Source of the DNA: Mobula hypostoma
Lineage: Eukaryota
Direction of reading: 5' to 3'
Length of the DNA: 64,000 nucleotides
Assembly: GCF_963921235.1 (NCBI RefSeq)
Contig: NC_086108.1
Location: 88,414,001-88,478,000, forward strand
Shown here: positions 41,001 to 53,000 of the stretch, in pieces
Numbering within the stretch: the first letter of the stretch is position 1
How the letters are laid out: each line of letters opens with the position of its first letter
Made by a program: the position numbers and the translations under genes
Notes under the pieces: generated by a model
Told to the model about the DNA's origin: nothing
Databases searched by the model: none
What the model saw: only the letters and a program-made list of their open reading frames with translations

Positions 41001-44000
41001 AGGCATGATCAGGTCCTGAAGATCATCGCTGAAGCCGTCAGCGCAGGAGTTGAGTGGGCGAAGCGGTCCCGACCCTCCAAGCAGACCATTGCCTTTGTCA
41101 GAGCTGGGGAGCAGCCAATACCTGCCAAAAGAACATCTGCAGGCATTCTGACCTCTGCAAGGGACTGGCAGCAGTTGGTGGACCTCGAAGGGCAGCTGAA
41201 GTTCCCCAGCCATATCGCAGCCACCACCCTGCAACCAGACATTGTCCTAGTGTCTGAGTCTACTAAGCAAGTGGTGCTGCTGGAGCTGACAGTCCCATGG
41301 GAAGATAGCTTGGAAGAGGCCTTTGAAAGGAAGCTCTCCAAGTACGCAGGACTGGTCAGTAACTGTCAGCAGGCTGGATGGAGAGCGAGGTGTCTCCCAG
41401 TGGAGGTTGGTTGTAGGGGATTCGTAGCCCATTCTTTAGTTAGAGCCTTCAGCATTTTGGGCATCGAGGGAGAGAGGAAGAGGAGAGCCATCCGCTGTAC
41501 CACCAATGCGGCAGAGAGGGCCTCAAGATGGCTGTGGCTCAAAAGAGGGGAGCCATGGAGTCATAAGTAGCTAGCCATCTGGACACAAACTGGGGTCTGA
41601 TCAACCCTGGCTTGGTCACCTAGAGGAGGTTGTATGATGTTGAAAGACCTGAAGCACCCAATGATTCCAGGAACATCACTGAAGATGTGTCCAGAAGCAT
41701 CAATAGATGTATGTACACAGCATTAATGGGATTTGTAATGGTGAACTCCCTGAGGTGAGTTTTTCCATGGTTAATTACAAAAAAAAATTTGCACTCCAAT
41801 GCTATAATCAAAAACCGATTCTTCCTGAACACTACTACTACTACGTTGACTCAGGTCTAGGGGGCCGGCGTCGGGCACGATGATGGACTTTCCACTTCTC
41901 CTTCTCCCTCATCAGTGTGTTCAGTTCATCTACATTAGCCGTGCCACTGTCTTCTAGGAGCGTGTTGACCATAGTCTTGTGGGCACCCAGGGTTCATCCT
42001 CCCATGCTTGGGCTCCCATATGATGACTAGGCTGGCAGGTAGCTCAGGGTGGCGTAGACAGTGCCCCGCGAGTTGCAGTCTTCTCACCTCGATTTTAGTG
42101 GAGAGTATCGGTAAGTTGTTATAGAGCTCAATGTTCGTCATGTGCTGTTGCCAACTCACATCAAGAGCCATCCGGAGCATTCGTGTATAGCAACCATCTA
42201 GAGACTTTCACATAGTCTTGGTGAGTGTCCACATCTCACATCCGTACTTGAGAATAGACTCTATGACTGCTAAAAAAAAATCCTCTTTTTCAGCCCTCTG
42301 GTCAGGTTCGATTTCCAGATTTCCTTCATGTCATTCATAGCCCTCCACGCCAGCGCCTTCTGTATCTTTATGTCCTTCTCTGAACTCATCATTTTTGACC
42401 CGCGGTACTTGTAGTCGAAGACTTTCTTAATGGTATCATTCTCTACGGTCTTGAGAGTACCTTCGTCGCAGTTAAACGCCATGTATTCTGTCTTTTTAGC
42501 GTTTAGGTGAAGTCCAACTTTATTGCATTCTATTTCCACTTTTGTCAGTAGCTGCTGTGCTTCCTCCAACTAGTCAGAGAGTAGGACTATGTCATCTGCA
42601 AAATCGAGATCTGTGAGTGTAACTGGTCTGACCCTTTTGGTTTGCCCTGGTTTTATGGTAAAACCAAGTTTGTCATGATCTTTACTGGCTTGACGCAGAG
42701 CGTAATCAAGGACGATTATAAAGATGTAGGGTGCCAGAGTGTCTCCTTGCAGCACACCAGCTAGGAGCTCGAACACTGCTGTTTCTCTGTCTGGTGATAC
42801 AACTTTCGCCATGGTTTTGGTATAGCTGGACTCTATTGCTCTCAGTAGATGGTCTGACACTCCGTAAGCTTTCAGGATCTTCAGCATTTTACCTTCCTGA
42901 ACAACTAGCCAGAAATTTACAAACACTGTGTATTGGAAAACATTCTACATTTAACTGGTTAAATTTTAGCAATATTTCACTGCATACTTCAGTCCTTAGA
43001 CCTCAGATGCCAAGATATGCATAATTAAGGATGCTTGTTCTATGACTAGTGATACAAGATTGCTACTCAACTTCTGGCATCTTTCAGTAATACCAGCCTA
43101 GAAATTGGATTGGCCAGATAAGGCATGATTTTGGTCCTGTTTGGACATGTTTACATACATTTCCTTTTAAATGTCCATTGGTTGGGAAACTGGTCAAGCA
43201 TTTTTGAGTAGGATTTTTCAATGTGATTAATGTTGCGGATCATATTATTGATGAAGGGTCTGACGAAGGGTCTCAGCCCGAAACGTCGACTGTACCTCTT
43301 CCTAGAGATGCTGCCTGGCCTGCTGCATTCACCAGCAACTTTGATGTGTGTTGCAACTTTGATCTGCTCCAGTTTGAGAGAAATCTGCAGTGACTACTTG
43401 TTATTGACAAAGTTCAAAGTCAATTTATTATCAAAGTGTGCATGTACCATATATACCTTGAGATTCATTGTCTTGCAGCCACTTAAAGAAAAGAAAAATA
43501 AATACAATATAATTTATGAAAAATTATACATAAGACTGACAACCTATGAGAAAAAAATGCAAACTGAGCAAATAAAAATAATGACACTGAGAACAAGAGT
43601 TGTAAATAATCCTTGAAAGTGAATCTGTAACTTATAAATGAGTTCAGAGTAGTGGTGAATAAAGTTATTCACACCTGTTCAGGAACTTGATAGTTGCAGG
43701 GTAATAGCTGCCTGAACCCAGCAGTGTCATGATGAAGAGAAAATTGTCAACTTGTAGAATCCTGTTGCCACTGGAGGCAATGAGATGCTCATTAGTATCC
43801 TTCCTGTGTCCACTTACAGCTAAAATCTGTTCACAGAACATCAATAAGAAGAGCTCATCCATTGCAGCCTTTTGCATTACAAGAACATCAAGTTGCTTGC
43901 AAATGGAACTTTGCATTCCCTTATAGTACAAAACTGTGCACATATGACAAATATCTACATTCCTCAAGTAGTCTTCCTTTGTACCTCCATACAGCTGTGC

Positions 44001-47000
44001 ATTTTACCAAATGGATAGGGTTGATGCTGAGCCTATGTAAGGAAGTGGTAATCAATTCCAGAGAAAAGGCTCCTGGAAGAACATAGAGACGAATTCCACA
44101 TGTTTCTTGTCATCTGCTGTAATTGCTCTGGAAGGTTCAATTTGCATTCAGGGTTCACATGATTGTTGCCATGAAAACATCCCAGTTATGGCTCTCATCC
44201 AAGAGCACTGGGGCGATATGGGTGCATGAAGCCACACACCCAATGGTGGAGACCCCTGCCGCAATTGCACACAACCCCATATTGATGCTGCCTGAGACTA
44301 TACTGTTGGGTGACAGGCATAATGACACCTGTGCTCAACATCTCTTTCTTCAGTCCTTGAGCTAATGATTTCTTTCCACTTGCTTCCCTTCCAAATTCCC
44401 TCTTACCCCAGCATCCCAAGAAGATCCTCCTACTCTGTTTCCTCATCCTCCTCAGAAAGGAGGAGAGTAGGAGACATCTGCTGATAACTGCAGGGACAAA
44501 GCAAGTATAATTGCTGACATGAGAAAATCTGCGGATGCTGGAAATCCAAAGCAACACACACAAAATGCTGGAGGAAGTTGGCAGCCAGGCAGCATTGATG
44601 GAAAAGAATAAAAGTTGATGTTTTGGACCGAGACCCTTTATCAGCACTGGAAAGGAAGGGGAGAAATCAGAATAAGAAGGTGGGGGAGGGGAGGAGGAGT
44701 ACAAGGTGCAGGTGACAAGTGAAACCAGGAGAGGGGGAGGGATGAAGTAAATAACTGGGGCGTTGATTGGTGAAAGAAGCAAAGGGCAGGAGAGGGGGGC
44801 AGCTGATAAGAGAGGACAGAAGTCCATGGAAGAAAGGGAAGGAGGAGGAAAACCAGAGGGACATGATTGGCAGTTAAGAAGATGATGTGTGAAAGATGGG
44901 GGGGGCAGTAAAATCAATGTTCACGCCAATCAATGTGTCCAAAATGGAACAGATGTGGATGAGGGCAGCACTGACGGTGGAGGAAAGGAAGCCCCTTTCT
45001 TTGAAGGAGGACATTTTAGTTGTTCTGGAATGAAAAGCCTCATCCTGAGAGCAGATGTGGTGGAGACATTGGAACTGAGAAAGGGGAATGGCATTTTTAC
45101 AAGTGACAGTGTGGGGAGAAATATAGTCCATATGCCTGTAAGAGTCACTGTGTTTATAAAAGATATCAGAAGATAAATTGTCTCTGGAGATGGAGACAAC
45201 AGAAATCAAGAAAGGGGACAGATATGTCAGAAATGGATCACGTAAGTTGAAGGCAAAATTGATGAAATTGACAAGCTCAGCGTTGGTGCAGGAAGCAGCA
45301 ATGTAGTGTAGGAAGAGTTGTGTAGCGATGTTAGTGTAGGCTTGGAACATAGATGACGAAAAGGCAGGCATAGCTGGGAACCATGTGAGTGCCCATGGCT
45401 ACATCTTGGGTTTGAAGGAAGTGGGAGGAACCGAAGGAGAAATTGTTGAGGGTGAAGTCTAGTTGCACTTGATGGAGGAAAGTGGTGGTGGAGGGGAACT
45501 GGTTGGATCTATCGTCCAGAAAGAGTCTAAGTCTAAGGCCTCCGTCGGTCAGAGTTGACCATGACTATTGAATCCTAGCTGTATAGATGTGCAAGCCTGG
45601 ACAGAACAATATGGAGAGCAAGCAGTTGCCCATGTAGCAAACTCCTCCTCTCCATGTATCTGATAAACCCAAAGGAATGGCAGAGACCGATACAGTTTGG
45701 TACCAGAAGTGATGCAGGAGTTGCCAGTCAGCATTGAACTCAACGTAGGACTGCCTTAGGGACTCCAGCTCCGGATTTTTCTCTTGGGGTTTACTCCCGA
45801 AGCCTTCCCCATGACTGGGTATAGCTGCAAGGCAGCAGAGGTTAGAAATCAGAGTTTTCCTTCTCCGAGTTGAGCTGCCAACCTCAGCTGATGAGCCCCA
45901 TCTGCCCGAAGCGACTGGTTTTAAGGTACCAGGGCCTTTGTCCCTTCCTATATCAATAGAAATGGTTCCACTGAGCTTAGTAGCTAAGCCACATGTGAAG
46001 GCCAGGAGCTGGAATTGGTTGTCAGAGGCTACTTGAGGCACATGCCTTTGGGAGCGCTTAATAAGTAGTGAGAGCTTGCCCCCCATTACTTCACCCAGGT
46101 ATAACAATCCAAAAAGAAGAGGAGAGCATTAAGGCCATCCTGATGGGAAATAAAGTGTATAGGAACTAGATATCCATAGTGAAAATGAGATGATTGGATC
46201 CAAGGAACTTAGTGATTGAAAAGATCAAGAGCACGTGAAATGTCATGAATGTAAATAGGAAGGGACTGAAACAAAGGGAATAAAGCAGAGTTGAGGTATG
46301 CAGACATGAGTTCAGTGGGGCAGGAGCAGGCAGAAACAATGGGTCTACCTGGAGAGTCAGGTCTGTGAATCTTGGATAGGAGGTAGAAATGGGAGGTACA
46401 GGGTAATTGTTGTTTTGAGCTGGAGTAGAAAGAGTTTTATGTCGGTGCAGCAAGACAAATGGCAATGAGGGTATGCGCAGCTGATAAAATGCAAGGGGGC
46501 ATACTGAATATTTGTTAGTGAGTATACCAGATACATTCCTTATTTTAATGACTATACAGATCTCACAGCCCTTAAGTCTTAAGATAGCAATTTCCATGAG
46601 TGAGAAGAGGTGGAATTGACTGGAAAATCGCAAATGTAACTCCACTCTTCAAGAAGGAAAAGAGGAAGAAGAAAAGAAATTGTAGGCCAGTTAGTTTGAC
46701 CTCAGTGGTTGGGAAGATATTGCAGTCAATTGTTAAGGATGTGACTTTGGGGTACTTGGAGGTACATGTTAAATAAGTCGTAGTCAGCTTTGTTTCCTCA
46801 AGGGAAAATCTTGCCTGACAAATCTGTTGAAATTCTTCGAAGAAATAACAAGCAGGATAGACAAAGGAGAATCAGTCGATGTTGTGTACTAGGATTTTCA
46901 GAACCTTTGACAAGGTGCCACATGTGAGCCTGCTTAACAAGCTACAAGCCCATGGTATTCCAGGAAAGATTCTAATATGGATAAAACAGTGGCCAATTGG

Positions 47001-50000
47001 CAGTAGGCAAAGCATGGGTATAAAAGGAACCATTTTTGGTTGGCTGAAGGTGACTGGTGGTGTTCCACAGGAGTCTGTGTTGGGACTGATTTTATATTAT
47101 ATGTCAATGACTTGGGTATTAGAATTGATGGCTTTGTTGCAAAGTTTGCAGACAATAATTAGATAGGTGGAGGGGCAGATAGTTTTGAGGAAATAGGGAG
47201 GCTACAGAAGGACAGACAGATTAGGAGAATGGACAAAGAAGTGGCAGATGGAATACAGTATTGGGAAGTGTCCGGTCACACACTTTGATAGAAGAAATGT
47301 AAAGGTTGACTATATTCTAAATGGACAGAAAATACAAAAATCTGAGGTGCAAAGGGATTTGGGAGTCCTTCTGCAGGATTCCTTAAAGGTTCATTTGGAG
47401 GTTGAATCTGTGGTGAGGAAGGCAAATGCAATGTTAGCATTCTTTTCAACAGGACAAGAATATAAAAGGCAGAATATAGTATTAATGGTAAGACTCTTGG
47501 CAGTGTGGAGGATCAGAGGGATCTTGGGGCCCGAGTCCATAGGACGCTCAAAGCAGCTGCGCAGGTTGACTCTGTGGTTAAGAAGGCATACAGTGTATTG
47601 GCCTTCATTAATCATTGAATTGAATTTAGGAGCCGAGAGGTAATGTTGCAGCTATATAGGACCCTGGTCAGACCCCACTTGGAGTACTGTGCTCAGGTCT
47701 GGTCGCCTCACTACAGGAAGGATGTGGAGGCTGTAGAAAAGGTGCAGAGGAGATTTACAAGGATGTTCCCTGGATTGGGGAGCATGCCTTATGAAAACAG
47801 GTTGTGTGAACTCATCCTTTTCTCCTTGGGAGCGACGGAGGATGAGAGGTGACCTGATAGAGGTGTATAAGATGATGAGAGGCATTGATCGTGTGGATAG
47901 TCAGAGGCTTTTTCCCAGGGCTGAAATGGTTGCCACAAGAGGACACAGGTTTAAGGTGCTGGGGAGTAGGTACAGAGGAGATGTCAGGGGTAAGTTTTTT
48001 TACGCAGACAGTGGTGAGTGCGTGGAATGGGCTGCCGGCAACGGTGGTAGAGGTGGATACGATAGGGTCTTTTAAGAGACTTTTGGATAGGTACATGGAA
48101 CTTAGAAAAATAGAGGGCTATGGGTAAGCCTAGTAATTTATGTTTGGCACAAGTTTGTGGGCCAAAGGGCCTGGATTGTGCTGTAGGGTTTCTATGTTTC
48201 TATAAAAGGAAGGATGTAATGTTGAGACTTTAGAAAGCACTGGTGAGGCCTCACTTGGAGTGTTATGTGCAATTTTGGACCCCTTATCTTATAAAGGACG
48301 TATTAAAATTGGAGAGGGTTCAAAGGAGATTTACAAAAATGATTCCAGGATTAAATGGCTTGTCATATGAAGAGTGTTTGATGGCTTTGGGCCTGAATTC
48401 ACTGGAATTTAGAAGAATGACGGGTGACCTAATTGAAACCTATTGAATGGTGAAAGGCCTTTATAGAGTGGATGTGGAGAGGATATTTCCTATGCTGGGA
48501 TTGTCTACGACCAGAGAACGCAGCCTCAAAAGAGAGGGGCATTCTTTTAGAACGGAGATTAGGAGGAATTTCTTTAGCCAGAGAGTGGTGAATCGGTGGA
48601 ATTCATTGACAAAGGCAGCTGTGGAAGCCAAGTCTTTACATATATTTAAGGCAGATGTTGATAGATTTTTGATTGTTCAGTGCATGAGGGATACAGAGGG
48701 AAAGCAGGAGATTGGGGCTGTGAGGAAACATGGGTTAGCCATGGTGAAATGGCGGAGCAGACTCAATGGGCCAAATGGCCAAATTCTGTTCCTATATGGA
48801 CTTAAATGTTCCTTAAAACTATTACCAATCTTTTATTCCTCCAGCATTTTGCGTGTGTTATACAGCTTTTATTGTGATCTTTTCGGAAGGTCAACTTTAT
48901 TTGCACAATTTATCTTCTTTTTCACATTGATTGTTTGTCAGTCTTTGTTCATGTGTAATTTCTCAATAAACTCTATTTCATTATTTTCTTGTAAGTGCCT
49001 GCAAGAAAATGAATCTCAAGGCTGTATTTGGTGACGTAAATATACTTTAATAATGTATTATATAAGATGAGGTATAGTTAGAATATATATGGTGAGGTGA
49101 GATGGAAGATGGTACAGGAAGGAGAGTTGTGCATGTGTAGATGGAGTTATTTAGCATGTGACTATCAGTAAAATGTTTGTGTAAGGAGTAGTATTGAAAT
49201 ACAAATGTAGATGAGAAGATCACCCTGACAAATCTAATGAGTCTTGAGATTTCTTCCGGCATTGTTCCATTGTGAGTGGATTCTAAGTCCTGGAGGTGAC
49301 TCTTCTGTCAGATCTTTTCCTGTCAGGCTTCTTGTTGGATGGTTGTGGTAGGTAGCTTGTTTCCCTGCTCCAGAGAACTTCACTCCTGGCCTCTATCACT
49401 GTCATGAGTAGCATCCACTGCATAAACCTGAAAGCCCTACCTGCACCATGAAAATCATATTATCCTCCCTATTGCCATAATGTAAGTTGATGATATCTGC
49501 ATATGAAAAGGAATGTGCCTTGAACATCCAACACCTCTGCAGGATTCTGGTGCAAGAATGATGAAAACATATCTCATATTTCCTTTTTCAAGTTACATGG
49601 TGACTTTCAAACTTAGACCCTACTAGTATAAACATCTCCAATTACTTCAAAATATATAAAATACTGGAGTTATTCGCTGCCTTACTCATTTGTAGCATGC
49701 ATTACTTATCTGTTACTGTCACATTTAGTGTGAAACTTACTTTAAAGACTCTGGTTTTCTTGAAGGTATCCCTCTCCTCTCCTTTTTCAAACACATACAC
49801 CACAGCAGGTGCAGGAGAGCATAAGAAGCCTTTGGAATATACTGTCATTGCTGTAACCTTGGGTATAGGGGGTGGAAGGGAGGTCAATTGGCTGTAGGAC
49901 ATAAAGAACACAGATGCCATTGTTTATTCCACAATAAGAGTTCCAAAACAATACTTCAACCAGAGAATCTCATTTTCTACAATGTTTAGAGAATCTAAAC

Positions 50001-53000
50001 ATTATAGAAAAACTGAACTACTAAAAATGTGTGGCTTGACAAAAATTGTTTAAAACACTTGATGCAAGAGAATAATCCACAATGTACTACATGTTAATCT
50101 CAAGAGCTCAGCAAGTCTTCAGTTAGCTTAATTGCAAACTCATTTGTCACATGAATGCTCAAGTATGCTAGAAGCGATATATTTCTGTTTTTCAAACCTA
50201 GTAAATTTATTTAAGATGCTAACATTCCTAATAATGTTTCCTAAAAAAGTAGCATTCCTTTCACTAAGCATCTCAAGAATTCAAAAAGGAAGGTCATAAG
50301 ACACAGGAACTGAATTAGGCCTTCGGCCAATCGAATTTGATCAGCCATTTGATCATAGCTGATTTATTTTCCCTCTCAGCTCCAAATCTCCTGCTTTCTC
50401 CCTGTAACCTTTGACACCCTTATTAATCAAAATCCAATCAACCTCCTATTTATAGATACCAAATGGCTTGGCCTTCACAACTGTGTGCGGCAATGAATTC
50501 CACAGACTCGCCACCTTGTGGCTAAAAAAAAAAAATCCCTCCTCATTTCAGTTCTAAAGGGATGTACGTCCTTGTATTCTGAGGCTGTGGCCTCTGGTCC
50601 TAGACTCTCCCACTAATGGAAACATCCTTCAAACATCTACTCTATCTTGGTATTTCAGAATTTGATGGGATTCAATGAGATCCCTCCTCATGCTTCTAAA
50701 CTCCAGTGAGTGCAGACTCAGAACAATCAAACACTCCTTATACATTAACCCTTTCATTCACAGGATCTTTCTTGTAAACCTCTTCTGGACCCTCCCCAGG
50801 ATTTTCCAAGAGTTTCTAAATATTTAAGTAATCAATAATATAAAACATTATTGAGAAAATAAAGAGAACATGTAAGAGGGTTATCATTCCAGTTGTACCT
50901 GTCCTCCAGTGTGATTTTGCATTCCCAGCGTAGCTCTGTCAACTCGAAAAGATAAAGTTTTCCCTTATCAGTGCCAACAATGATGTGGTCATCAGGCATC
51001 CAGGCATGTGTGAGGAAGTTCTGTAACTCTAACTTTTGGAAATTTGTCTGTTTGAGATTTCCATCAGCAAATCGCAACAGCTTTAAAACACCGTCCCCAA
51101 CCACACAGATCTGTGCATTATCTTGAGGGTTAAAGCTGACCTAAACTCCAAAAAGAAAAAGTACTAGTTAGTGTACGGTATAGTACTGGAAAGACAGTTC
51201 CTTATAAGATACAGTTCAGTAGGCTCTGTGACACTTAAGGTTGATACAGAAGGAGAACTCTGCAATAGATCCAATTATAGGATCACAACTTGTACCTTTT
51301 CAATTCTAATAGAAAGACAATCTTTGAAGATCAAACATGAAGAATATGTGCTAATAAAGGAGTCAGAATTGGAATCAGTAGAAAATAGTGTATTAAGATA
51401 ATCCACAAATTAAAGTGTTGCACCAACAGATCTTCAATAGATCTGAGTCAGTCATGTAAAGTAACCAAGGACTGGGCTACAGCTGTAACCACAGGTCAGC
51501 TGACACACTACTGTGTGGAGTTCTCCAGCGCATTTTCAAACTGAGTCTCAGACTGAAAAAGGTCCCGACAGTGTGGAAAACATCATGTGTGGACCCAGTG
51601 CCCAAGAAGGGCTGACTGAAACTCCTGAATGTCTACCGTCCAGTGTTCCTGACTTCACACATCTTAAAGGCCCTAGAGAGGCTGGTCCTGGCTCACCTCC
51701 GACCCCTGATCAAATCAGCCCTTAATCCCCTGTAGTTTGCCTACCAGGAGTACATTGGAATCAATGATGTTATCATCTACCTGCTGAACAGAGCATACTC
51801 CCATTTGGTTAAGAGGGGCAGCACTGAATGTTATTTTGATTTTTCCAGTGCCTTCAATACCAGACAGCCCTCGATGCTGGGGGAAACGCGCCATTTAATG
51901 CAGGTGGACACTTTCATTGTGTCCTGGATAATGGACTACCTGCCTGGCAGACCGCAGTTTGTGTGGCTTCAGAGCTGTGTGTCAGACATGGCTATTAGCA
52001 GCACTGAGGCCCCACAGGGGACTGTGGTGGTTCTCTTCCTGTTTACTCTGTGTCATCATCATCATCGTCAGGTGCCGTGCCCAGTTTGAGCTTTGACTGC
52101 CATGGCCCACACACTCCTGTTTCAGGTCAAGTGGATCAATTCATTGGTACTCATTTCCAGTTCTCTGGCTCCTGTCTCCATCATCATTTGTCCTTGTCTT
52201 CCAATTGCTTTCTTTCCTTCAATCTTTCCCATAATTACCATGAATTCTAACTCCTTGTTCTATTAGAATGTTCATGACATCCTCATTAGATATTCGTTTC
52301 ATCCATGATATTCTTTGCATCCTCCTCAAAAACCACATCTCTGCTGCTACAATTCATTTCCTCATGTTACTAGATATTGTCCAACATTCTGAGCCATATA
52401 ACATAACTGGATAAACGTAACATTTCAGTGCTCTGAGGCGGGTTGTCATGCCTAGTGTAGTATTGGTCAATATACTCTTCATTCTTGTAAAGGTGTCTTT
52501 TGCCATCCCTACTCTTCTTTTGATGTCCATGTCGCACCTGCCATCTGATGTCACCCAGCTTCCTAAGTAGCAAAAATTCTGTACTTGTTTTATGTCTTCC
52601 CCGTTTATTCTCAGCCTGCAGATAGGATTCTCCTTGTCTTTGAATATCACCATACATTCTGTCTTTTTGCAATTGATAGATAGACCCATTTTTGCACTTT
52701 CTTCAACAATTATATCAATTAAGTTTTGTAGTTCTCCCTCTGTACTTGCAATTAACACTGTGTCATCTGCATATCTGAAATTATTGATGTTTTCACCGCC
52801 AACTTTGATTCCCAAGAAGTCTTTTCTTTTTGTAATATTGTTTCACTGTACACATTAAATAAATCAGGGGAGAAAACACATCCTTGTCTAATGCCTTTCT
52901 TGATTTTTGTAAACTGACTCACTTCTCCATCTATTCTTACAGCAGCAGTTTGTTCCCAGTACAGATTTCTGATTAGGCGGAGGTCTTTCAAATCTAGTTC

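Noticed and set aside
41578..41695. C/D-box snoRNA reading of the terminal stem plus CTGA
   Set aside because: No C box next to the 5' stem, antisense to the host gene, and part of a retrotransposon UTR; the hammerhead arrangement explains more of the pairings.
44195..44917. 240-aa Pro/Ser/Leu-rich ORF
   Set aside because: Reads through the pyrimidine-rich Penelope 3' region and its flank; a compositional artefact.
50140..50197. Possible extra cfap57 exon after TAG|GTTTGAA
   Set aside because: The frame reaches TGA before a phase-compatible donor, and there is no recognisable homology.
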